This document shows, one piece after another, positions 42,159 to 50,175 of a stretch of 64,000 nt of DNA. Source of the DNA: an uncultured Gemmatimonadales bacterium (GTDB lineage Bacteria; Gemmatimonadota; Gemmatimonadetes; Gemmatimonadales; GWC2-71-9). A program made the position numbers and the translations under genes. Numbering within the stretch: the stretch's first letter is position 1; every line of letters starts with the position of its first letter. Location: contig CAVQSR010000004.1 of NCBI GenBank assembly GCA_963716055.1, positions 97,888 to 161,887 on the forward strand, in the 5' to 3' direction. The notes under the pieces were generated by a model, which saw nothing but the letters and a program-made list of their open reading frames with translations, searched no databases and was not told the origin of the DNA.

Positions 42159-42428
42159 ATGTCACGGCGCACTATCGTGGTAGACAGCAACATCTGGAAG
42201 GTGTATCCCGCGGGCCGCGTGACAGTCTACGGGAAGGACGAATTTGGGTTGCTGTTCGAGCTGGGGACCGGCCCCGAGCGCAAGCGTCGCTTCACCCGCC
42301 ATTCGCCTCTCGGGTCCCGCAGTCCCGACGCGTCTCTTGCCGAGCTGACTGAGCGGCAGCTCGTAGATCTCTTCCGCCAATCGCAGCCCGCCTGGACGTC
42401 GCCGGAGGGCGCGTACGGCGCACAATGA
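42159..42428 (+). CDS. Small hypothetical protein
   Basis: MSRRTIVVDSNIWKVYPAGRVTVYGKDEFGLLF...; coding-like composition. Confidence 0.6.
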   Translation: MSRRTIVVDSNIWKVYPAGRVTVYGKDEFGLLFELGTGPERKRRFTRHSPLGSRSPDASLAELTERQLVDLFRQSQPAWTSPEGAYGAQ

Positions 42429-42488
42429 TCCCTTCGCTGTGATTTCACGCAGTGGTCGACAGGCGCAACTCGTTGCCTTACAAACGGA

Positions 42489-42576
42489 CGACCCCCTGAA
42501 AGGTCATGCCCGATTAGTCGGCGGAGTCAAGACAACGAGTAGCAACTACGCGATGTTCTGGGCATCGGTGTTGTGA
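42489..42576. repeat. Degenerate copy of the att-adjacent region 39923-40011
   Basis: CGACCCCCTGAA followed 37-38 nt later by AGTAGCA...TGTTCTGGGCATCGGTGT.GTGA at both loci. Confidence 0.65.
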
Positions 42577-43250
42577 TTCGAGGACCGAAAATCGACGGAA
42601 ATTGCAGCAGAATCACAACGAGACTCACAACTCGATTGAGCACAAGATACAAGTCGGCTCTCTGAGCAAATCAGGGGGTCTACTTTTTTGGACACGGAGC
42701 CAAGAAACCACTCACAACAAACTCACAACGCCGTTAGTGTCCAGACGATCAGGCGCGTTGCCGAACCCGCCTAGTCACAGTGGAGACCGGCGGAAAGACC
42801 CCACCGAACAACGCGCCCCAGTGGCCCACCTCGGTGTCCTCCCTTCGACTCCGCTCGACGTCGTCAAGCCGAGCGAGGGCAACGTCGAGCTTCTCAATGA
42901 AGCGATTCGCTCCTTCCTCGTCCCAACCTTCAGCTACGTTGACATCGGGCAGCGCGGGGTCTGTCACCGTGGGATCGTCGTCCCAACGCGGCCACCTACT
43001 TCGTCCCAGCGTCGCCTGCCCTGCAGCAGAACTCCCAGCGCGCATGCCTGCGCCGGTCAGGTGCCTGACTTCTCTCGCACAGCATGCGAGCCGGTGACAG
43101 AACAGCTGAGAATGCTCCTTGCCCGGCGTGGCAGCAGACTCCTTGAGAAGGAATTGGCGGAGGGATGAACCCCGCTTACACCGACGATCCGAAGGCGAGC
43201 CGGTCTACCACCCACAGATGGTACCTCACGGTTTGGACCGGGGGCCGCCC

Positions 43251-43374
43251 AGCTGGCGGGCGCCGCCAAGCAGGGTAGAGTTCCATTTGTGCGCCTGTTG
43301 AGTGGCGCGGACCGAGCGGGCGGTCGCAGCGCCAGCGGGCGCCGCGCCCGCAGCTCATGCGCATCACGTTAGGC
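43251..43374 (+). repeat. attC-like site 1 (left end truncated)
   Basis: A 124-nt near-identical copy of 45585-45708, ending GCAGCTCATGCGC..CGTTAGGC. Confidence 0.75.
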
Positions 43375-43437
43375 GGCCTTACACATCTCGACAATGCCGA
43401 TACTTCATCCGAATTCACGCCACATGAGGAGAAGGAC

Positions 43438-43953
43438 ATGAGCCCCACTTGGAGAGCCGTTCTGCTATTCGCAGTGCTCCCTGGCGTTGCCGCGGCTCAA
43501 AACCGCGCCCGCACGCCAGTGGAGGGCACGTGGAAGGTGACGGAGATCGTTGTCACGGGAACGGGTGCGTTCCGCAACGCGGCCCCGCAGCCCGGCCTTT
43601 TCATCTTTACTCCCACCCACTACAGCTTCCTGTACGTCCCTGACAACGAGGCTCGGGCGCTTTTCGAAGGTCCGGTAGCTACGGACTCGGAGAAGCTCAG
43701 AGCCTTTGATTCCTTCCTCGCAAATGTTGGCACCTACGTGATTAGTGGGACGACTGTGATGCTGAGACCGATTGCCGCGCGTGTGCCCAACTGTGGAACG
43801 GGAGCGTCCATGCGATTGCAGTTCACCGTCGATAGCGCGGCGCTGCTGCTGACGCAAAAGAACACTGACGTCACGTGCGTCTATGGCGGGCAGATGGCTT
43901 CGCCAGGGGCCGGGCCGAGCGAGTCGCGACTCCGGCTCGTCCGCGTCGAGTGA
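43438..43953 (+). CDS. Cassette gene: exported lipocalin-like protein
   Basis: Signal peptide, VEGTWKV and GTYVISG motifs; GAAGGA SD; follows attC 1. Confidence 0.6.
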   Translation: MSPTWRAVLLFAVLPGVAAAQNRARTPVEGTWKVTEIVVTGTGAFRNAAPQPGLFIFTPTHYSFLYVPDNEARALFEGPVATDSEKLRAFDSFLANVGTYVISGTTVMLRPIAARVPNCGTGASMRLQFTVDSAALLLTQKNTDVTCVYGGQMASPGAGPSESRLRLVRVE

Positions 43954-43969
43954 AGGAGACAAAGCGACC

Positions 43970-44086
43970 GCCTAACCAGCGCTTGAAGCTGTCGGTGGCA
44001 GGTTCGTCCCGTGAGTTCGGCGGGCATGCAGTGCAATCCATGACAGCGACCGGAGAGCCTCAGTTCCGGCCCCACTCTGACCAGGC
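43970..44086 (+). repeat. Degenerate attC-like site 2
   Basis: Begins GCCTAAC-CAGCGCTTGAAGCTG (R''/L''-like) after the gene stop; the right end is only ACCAGGC. Confidence 0.45.
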
Positions 44087-44092
44087 GGCGAC

Positions 44093-44770
44093 ATGAAGCA
44101 TGGCTTCTGGTTCGTTCTCGGTCTATGGATGACAACGGCGTGTGTTCAGCATGTCACTCCAGTCGTCACGCCCCAGAAGATCCCACCGGTGTCGCCGCCG
44201 ATACGGGCCCGTGCACTCCTCCTCATCACACCGTCCTTCGAGGGATACCTGAGCCGGGAAAAGAACTACAGCTCCCATCAGGTGTTTCGCTACGGTGAAG
44301 CGGGCACCAAGGCGCTGTCCGCCCTCGTCACCGAGTCGTTTACGGTCGTCGAGATCAGGCGTGTTGCGGCTGCGGACGTGCAACGTTTGATGGCTGGACC
44401 GGCCGATACGTCAGTCGCAGACATCCTGCTTGCGCCCGCCTTTGAAGGCGGCGGCGCCCGGCTTCGAATGATTGCGGGGGATCCGATCTACATTCCCGCA
44501 CCCGTCGTCGACTCCATGCAGGTCAGCAACGTGTACACGACCGAAATAACGGCGTCGGTCACCCTCCGACTTGACGCCCGTTCGTTCCCTACCGGGAGCA
44601 GTTTCACATGGATGACGGTGGGTGGCACCGGCCCCGTGCTGACGTCGTTGGGACGCGCCTCCGGCCTTGCGCTCGAAATCGCGCTGCACGCCATCAGCGA
44701 TTCTCTGGCCGCTCATCGGAAGGAGTTGGAGCTCGGCACGCCTTCTGTCCCGAACAAAGAACGGCCGTAG
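44093..44770 (+). CDS. Cassette gene: hypothetical lipoprotein
   Basis: Lipobox-like MTTAC; 225 aa between attC-like sites. Confidence 0.6.
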   Translation: MKHGFWFVLGLWMTTACVQHVTPVVTPQKIPPVSPPIRARALLLITPSFEGYLSREKNYSSHQVFRYGEAGTKALSALVTESFTVVEIRRVAAADVQRLMAGPADTSVADILLAPAFEGGGARLRMIAGDPIYIPAPVVDSMQVSNVYTTEITASVTLRLDARSFPTGSSFTWMTVGGTGPVLTSLGRASGLALEIALHAISDSLAAHRKELELGTPSVPNKERP

Positions 44771-44898
44771 CTGCGACGGCCTCCGTCGCTCGTCAGCGCC
44801 CGAAGTTTGTGGTGCGGTACAAGGCTGCTGCTGGGGTCCATGGGTCTGGGGAGACTCCATGGTAGCAACAAGGGGCGCGCTCTCAACATGCGTTAGGC
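44771..44898 (+). repeat. attC-like site 3
   Basis: Ends GCGCGCTCTCAACATGCGTTAGGC (R' GTTAGGC at 44892-44898); left boundary unclear. Confidence 0.5.
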
Positions 44899-44939
44899 GG
44901 CGCTGGCACGCTTCACCACTTCACTCCACAGGGGGCTCC

Positions 44940-45467
44940 ATGCACAGGATCGTGGCCGTTGCAGCGCTCGTCCCCACTCTCGCGCTCGTCGGCGGGAGCG
45001 ATCTGGTCGCGCAGCGTCGTGGATTCATCATCGGATTTGGCATCGGCGCCGGCGTGACGAGTTATGCCACCGCCAGCTCGAACCGACAGTCAGACGTGGG
45101 TCTCGCGACCGATTTCAAGATCGGCGCCCAGGTTAGCAAGTCGGTGCAGGTCTATTACTTGGGCCGCACGAACTGGTTCAATTCAGATCTATCGAATTCT
45201 ACCGTCGCCGCTGGCATCTCGGCCATCGGCGTCAGCTACGTCCTTCCAACCGCTCCGGTACACATCAGTGGCGGGTTAGGTTTCGCCACGTTCCTGAAGA
45301 TTTGTGTGGAGTGCAGCGATCCATCGAGGTCAGGGTTCGGGGTGACAGGCGGCGTTGGCTGGGAGTTCGCCGATCTCTGGCTCCTCGACGTCGCGGTTAC
45401 ATACGGCAAGCCCGGTGACCTCGATGTGTTGGCGGCAAGGGCTGGGATCAGTATCCTGAGTCACTAG
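44940..45467 (+). CDS. Cassette gene: small outer-membrane beta-barrel-like protein
   Basis: Signal peptide followed by alternating Gly/aromatic strands (GFIIGFGIGAG, GFGVTGGVGWEF). Confidence 0.65.
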   Translation: MHRIVAVAALVPTLALVGGSDLVAQRRGFIIGFGIGAGVTSYATASSNRQSDVGLATDFKIGAQVSKSVQVYYLGRTNWFNSDLSNSTVAAGISAIGVSYVLPTAPVHISGGLGFATFLKICVECSDPSRSGFGVTGGVGWEFADLWLLDVAVTYGKPGDLDVLAARAGISILSH

Positions 45468-45567
45468 CGCCGGCCCCACCAGGCCCTGAAGCGTAGTGAA
45501 GAGTGCTGCGGCGACTCACGCCCCAGTCCTTCGGGATTGCCTCGAGCGAATGTACCCCGGGCGCGCG

Positions 45568-45708
45568 GCCTGACCGGCGCGTGAAGCTGGCGGGCGCGGC
45601 CAAGTAAGGTAGAGTTCCATTTGTGCGCCTGTTGAGTGGCGCCGACCGAGCGGGCGGTCGCAGCGCCAGCGGGCGCCGCGCCCGCAGCTCATGCGCGTTT
45701 CGTTAGGC
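45568..45708 (+). repeat. attC-like site 4 (most complete, 141 nt)
   Basis: GCCTGAC...TGAAGCTG at the left end and CAGCTCA...GTTAGGC at the right; arms GCTGGCGGGCGCGG / CCGCGCCCGCAGC are complementary with an extra base. Confidence 0.8.
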
Positions 45709-45730
45709 CGCCTGCAAGGACCAACCCCGC

Positions 45731-46465
45731 GTGATCAACAAACACGGCCTTTCACGTGACATCCCTGAGCCCATAAAGCGCCAAGTACGGACGGCCAGTG
45801 GTTTCGACTGTGTCGTTTGCGGTGCTAGTCTCGTGCAATACGAGCACGTCGACCCACCATTCGCAGAAGCCAAAGAGCATCGTTCCGATCAAATCACGCT
45901 CTTGTGCCATTCGTGCCACGGCCATGTGACGCGCGGCTACTGGTCAAAGGACAGAGTAAAGCTGGCGATGGCCGATCCCTATTGCCGCCGCGAGGGATTC
46001 TCCTGGGGGAACTTCGACTTCGGTGACCGTCACCCATCTGTGCGCTTCGGTGGCGTCCTTTTGAGCAATTGCGACATGCCCGTCGTAGTCCGTGGCCAAC
46101 CACTGTTTCTCATTCAAGGGCCAGAATGCCCGGGCGCACCATTCCGGCTCTCTGCGTTCTTCTCGGATGCCAGCGCCAATCCTCTGCTAACGGTTCATGA
46201 GAACGAGTGGCGCGTTGCTGCGGGGGTGTGGGACGTCGAGTTCACTGCGGGACGGATTCTAATTCGCGATGGGCCGGGCACGTATTCACTGGTTCTCGTC
46301 GCCGAGCCCCCCAATGGCATACGTATTGACCGGCTCCGAATGCATCACGGCGGCCTCCTGTTCGACGCTGACCCCGACACTCTCAGAATCGGTGATGGTG
46401 TCAACTGGAGCACGATGACTGGGTGCGTAGCGGACAATTGCAGGGTAGGCCTCATGCTTGGCTAG
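45731..46465 (+). CDS. HNH-type endonuclease domain protein (cassette-positioned)
   Basis: CVVCG...EHVDPPF...HRSDQITLLCHSCH Zn/HNH pattern; starts 22 nt after GTTAGGC. Confidence 0.8.
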   Translation: MINKHGLSRDIPEPIKRQVRTASGFDCVVCGASLVQYEHVDPPFAEAKEHRSDQITLLCHSCHGHVTRGYWSKDRVKLAMADPYCRREGFSWGNFDFGDRHPSVRFGGVLLSNCDMPVVVRGQPLFLIQGPECPGAPFRLSAFFSDASANPLLTVHENEWRVAAGVWDVEFTAGRILIRDGPGTYSLVLVAEPPNGIRIDRLRMHHGGLLFDADPDTLRIGDGVNWSTMTGCVADNCRVGLMLG

Positions 46466-47128
46466 TGCAGGCGGCGTAAGCTCAACTTTGACGTGCAACG
46501 TTCACCACGATAGCGCGTCTTTCGGCGGGGTTCATCGGGCATAGCATTCCTCCGGAGTGCGGTAGCCGAGGCGCTTGCGGGGGCGCTGGTTGAGCGTCCG
46601 CGCGAATCGCGACATTCACCTCGGTGTCGCGGGCTTAGTGGACACCACCGTCACGATCATCACTGAGATTCCCGATGCGAGGTGTAGCGGAGCCTGTCGG
46701 TCAGGGTTCGCGGCGTACTACGCCCGGGCTCGGCAGACGCTTGAGGAGCGCCTGGCAACCTGGACAGACGCCGCCCCAAGCTGGCCGTGGTTGCGGTCGA
46801 AGAACCCCACGCCCATGACCTCACCTCCCTGCTCCTCCGCCTAGAGGCCACCCCACAGCCTCTAACCGGAGCGGCCCGGACGATGGCGGAGGAGGCGCTG
46901 GTCGAGGCGGTGCGGACGTGCGAGTTGCCCGTGGTGTACGGGGTCGGGCTGGCGGGGCGGCCGTCGCGGAACTAGATGGCAGGCGGGCAGACGGTACCCG
47001 TCTACCACCCATGGATGGTACCAGAGTCTTGCACCGGAAGTGGGCCGGGGCCGACCACGAGAGTGGGTAAGCCAACGACCCAGTGGTCCGCCTCCTCAGT
47101 GCGGAGCTTTCAGCCCATGCGGATCACG

Positions 47129-48730
47129 CTACATAACAGCACCGCGCATCCGTTCTGCTTCGGCTTTCGTGATCGCCGGGAATCGCGTGGAACCCTCCGG
47201 CGGTTGGTGCCGGAGAATGAGTGCGAAGTCTGGCGATGCGGAGAATCGGCCGCCCGTCAGGTGGTCGTAGACTGACACCGGGTGCCGCGGATCAAACGCG
47301 AGCGACGGCGCGACCGTCGGATGTGGTCGCATCAGCTTCAATCCCATGCGACGGACCTGGGAATGGCTCAGGAACGCGTGACACATAAAGAGAAGCGCGT
47401 GCACTGTGTTGGGGTCTAACCGCTGCTGGAGGCGGAGCCACGAAGCGGTGCTGCGCGAATCGGACGCAGCGAAATGGTAACCCCCGCAATTACGAAACTC
47501 GCGCAAATCTGATGCGCGCGCCCGCCAGAGTGGCCACAAGTACGTTGAGAACAGCGACCTCGCTGTCAGCGGCAGGATTTGCCAGTTTGCTTCTGCAGCC
47601 CTAACTAGGTTGATGCGTCCGGGCTCAAAGAGGCGTACAACGCTCGCATACAATACCTGGAGGATGCGGGTCCGTGCCATTGCACGTGTGAGCGGCCCGG
47701 CCAGAAAGTGCCCGCGGCCGACTCCGATCTCCTCGCGGATCAACGCCGCGTAGAGTTGAGATAGAGCCGCGCTCCCGTTGGTGCCATGAGCCGCTTGCAG
47801 AATAACGGCTGCATCAGGGGCAGCGTGCCATTGGGTGTGTTCGCGGGCACGTCGCTGGTCGGCCCAGTCTGCGACTGCTCGAAGCGTCAGTACGCCAAGC
47901 GAACCTGGCCACCGCACCAGCCTGCCGACTATGTGCTGTACGGACGGGAAGACCGGCCAGAGCTCCGGAACATCGAGGGCCCAGCCAAACGCAGTGGACT
48001 TGTCGAACGTGTGGTACCACGCCCCCAGGTCAGCCGCATACGCGGGGTCGGCCGGTTCGAGAAGTGATGCAGCGCAGTAATGGGCGAGGACCACTAACTG
48101 CATTAGGTCTCGAAACTTCACGCGGCTGAGCGAATCTATGCCATGGTTGTGACCCTCGATCGTGGAGGGTGCATGGTGAGCCACGTTATTGCGGATGGAC
48201 AGGACCGATGGTTTTAGCCGGCGCCAGTTAGCGACCAACATAGCCCGCATTGCGGCGGCGTCCGAATCCGGCACCGGGCGCGAATCGAGAAATCGCAATA
48301 GATCGACGCCAGAGCGATCAAACAGCAGGCCAACATCGGCCGCTGCGTACGCACTGAGATGGCGCACGGCGCGCCCCAATTCCCCAAGGGTGATAAACGC
48401 GCACGTCCCGCCGAGTTTGACGTCGGCTTGGGCTAGAGCTCCGACGCACGAAATGGTGAGCGAGGCGCTTTGGATGCTCGCGAGTGCGGCGACGAGTTCG
48501 GAATCGCGCACACCATCCAGAGGGAACACTCGCTCGCTTGCTGCGGGCTCGGGAGCCAGATGCGACCACATCTCGCGATGGCGGCCAGTTTCGGGTGCAA
48601 TGCCATGCCGCACAAACATGTGCCTGAACTCTTCGAGAGTAGCGTCGTTAATGCGGTGTGGTTCGCGGCTCTGGTCCGGCTCGGTTGAAAGATCACCGTT
48701 TTTCGGAGCGCAGGGGCGTCTACCACCCAC
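47129..48730 (-). CDS. Hypothetical protein with two HEPN-like Rx4-6H motifs
   Basis: IRNNVAHH (48176-48193) and FRNCGGYH (47474-47494) in predicted helical halves; start uncertain. Confidence 0.55.
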   Translation of the reverse strand: MGGRRPCAPKNGDLSTEPDQSREPHRINDATLEEFRHMFVRHGIAPETGRHREMWSHLAPEPAASERVFPLDGVRDSELVAALASIQSASLTISCVGALAQADVKLGGTCAFITLGELGRAVRHLSAYAAADVGLLFDRSGVDLLRFLDSRPVPDSDAAAMRAMLVANWRRLKPSVLSIRNNVAHHAPSTIEGHNHGIDSLSRVKFRDLMQLVVLAHYCAASLLEPADPAYAADLGAWYHTFDKSTAFGWALDVPELWPVFPSVQHIVGRLVRWPGSLGVLTLRAVADWADQRRAREHTQWHAAPDAAVILQAAHGTNGSAALSQLYAALIREEIGVGRGHFLAGPLTRAMARTRILQVLYASVVRLFEPGRINLVRAAEANWQILPLTARSLFSTYLWPLWRARASDLREFRNCGGYHFAASDSRSTASWLRLQQRLDPNTVHALLFMCHAFLSHSQVRRMGLKLMRPHPTVAPSLAFDPRHPVSVYDHLTGGRFSASPDFALILRHQPPEGSTRFPAITKAEAERMRGAVM

Positions 48731-48978
48731 CGATGGTACCAGACCCGGATGGCCGGATCACCGGGTGCCGGCTCGGAGGGTGGCTCCTGTCACGGTCAGG
48801 TGGACCGATCTAACGTCAGAATCCGGGCCGCTTGGCGTCAGCATCGGACCGGCGGCATGCCCGACCGGGGCGGCTCCCAGCGCGACGGAAGCTCAACTTA
48901 GCGGAGAAACTAGCGGAGGGCGTAACGGGCGAGCATGTGCCCGCCCGTTAGGTGCTGCTGTCACAACGACTTCGTGAG

Positions 48979-49052
48979 TCGGGACGGCGGGATTTGAACC
49001 CGCGACCCCCTGAACCCCATTCAGGTGCGCTACCGGACTGCGCTACGTCCCG
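48979..49052 (-). tRNA. tRNA-Pro (GGG)
   Basis: CGGGACGTAGCGCAGTCCGGTAGCGCACCTGAATGGGGTTCAGGGGGTCGCGGGTTCAAATCCCGCCGTCCCGA folds into a cloverleaf with anticodon loop ATGGGGT; CCA is not encoded. Confidence 0.96.
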
Positions 49053-49431
49053 AGGGATTACAATCTACTACATCTTTACAACTTGCGCCCTTCGCGGTGG
49101 ATCGTCCGTCTTGCTACATGGAGTGAATCTCGTGGAGTAAGACTTTGGAGTAAAACGACACCGATTCCGCGGCGCCACCCCGCTCAGGGGCGACACCCCG
49201 ACCTTCCAAAACCGTTTGAATCGTCTCGCAGGTAAGGCCGAGGTGACGTGGCCCACCGGGTACAACGTCAACGCCCCCCTGACTGGTATTCAGGTGCGCC
49301 GCTTTTCTAGCGGTCTGACGAACACCGCACAGATCCGGCGTGTCTCCAGGACGGCTGCGCCCGGCGACGGTGTTCTAGGTGTTTCCCGCCGCGCACTGGA
49401 AGAAGATCCGAACGACCAATGGACTCGAGCG
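49014..49431. repeat. ~420-bp diverged direct repeat, copy 1 (tRNA 5' half + arm-like repeats + IS256 scar); copy 2 at 62096-62518
   Basis: Collinear similarity from ACCCCATTCAGG through TGGAGTAAGACT.TGGAGTAAAA to GGACTCGAGCG. Confidence 0.93.
49379..49431 (+). pseudogene. IS256-family transposase fragment
   Basis: FPAAHWKKIRTTNGLER; the second copy at ~62467-62545 continues LHDETKRR. Confidence 0.7.
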
Positions 49432-49690
49432 CCCGCTCGAGTTCCTTGATCTGCTGCAACGCCGCCCGGAACTCACTCGCCGGGACGACCTCCTCGTTCG
49501 CACTGACCGCCGCCGCGCTCCCGTTCGTACTCAGCCGCTGCCAGCGCCGCACCACCGACGGCGACACCGTCAGCTCCCGCGCGAGCTCCGCGAGCGTCAC
49601 CTCTCCGCGCACCACCCGCGCGATCTGTGCCTGCTTGAACTCGGCCGTGTCGATGCGCCGACCGTCCGACCCCCGCCGATGCGTTTCCAT
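49432..49690 (-). pseudogene. Truncated IS3/IS2-family OrfA transposase
   Basis: RRIDTAEFK...VTLAELARELTVSPSVVRRWQ...EEVVPASEFRAALQQIKELERAL; GGAGG SD; breaks at the IS256 fragment. Confidence 0.8.
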
Positions 49691-50175
49691 CCGACGATCC
49701 TCCTTCGAGAAGTAGACCTACTCTTCCCAAAGTGCCTCGTCGAATTGGGGTACACAGCAGTCGTGACGAGGCTTCCTCGGCGACGACCCGAACGGGCATC
49801 GCGTCCATATCCATTAGTGCCTGAAGCTCTGAGGCACTTTGCCGAGTGTTTGCCACATTGAGCGCTTGACCACGCTAGCCCTGAATGTGGATGAGTTGTC
49901 GCCAGGGTGCGGGAGCGCCTTCTTGCCATGCCTGGGATGATGCTCGAATCCACAGTGACAGGGACGCCTCAGCACTATGCGCTAGACCAGCCGATCTTTA
50001 GGAATCAACGGATCAGCGATTCTGACGGTGGTTCCCGTCCGCCTCTCTCTTCTGGCATCAAGTGGCATTGGCGTGCATGATACTGATGATGCGGGCCTTC
50101 GGCAGCTTGTCCCGAACGGAACAGGTCGTGTACCGGCACACGTCCGCTCTCCACTCAGAACGAGACTAGCAAGGG

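Larger units (their letters stand above)
39941..48974. mobile_element. Integrated island downstream of tRNA-Pro (~9 kb, possibly composite), no integrase seen
   Basis: Flanked by the 46-bp tRNA repeat; lower GC; cassette-like cargo. Confidence 0.8.

Noticed and set aside
42602-43168. 188-aa ORF
   Set aside because: It overlaps the arm-like repeats, has low-complexity Ser/Arg/Pro composition and no motif; it is probably non-coding or decayed.
46466-46620. attC site after the HNH gene
   Set aside because: No convincing RYYYAAC...GTTRRRY pair could be located.
47129-48730. Cas13-like effector
   Set aside because: Two Rx4-6H motifs are present, but the protein is only ~500 aa and there is no CRISPR array or cas gene; it is kept only as a generic HEPN candidate.
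48923-48950. TAACGGGCG / CGCCCGTTA hairpin as an attC site
   Set aside because: It has AAC/GTT ends but is far too short and lacks L boxes; it is more likely a terminator-like hairpin downstream of the tRNA.
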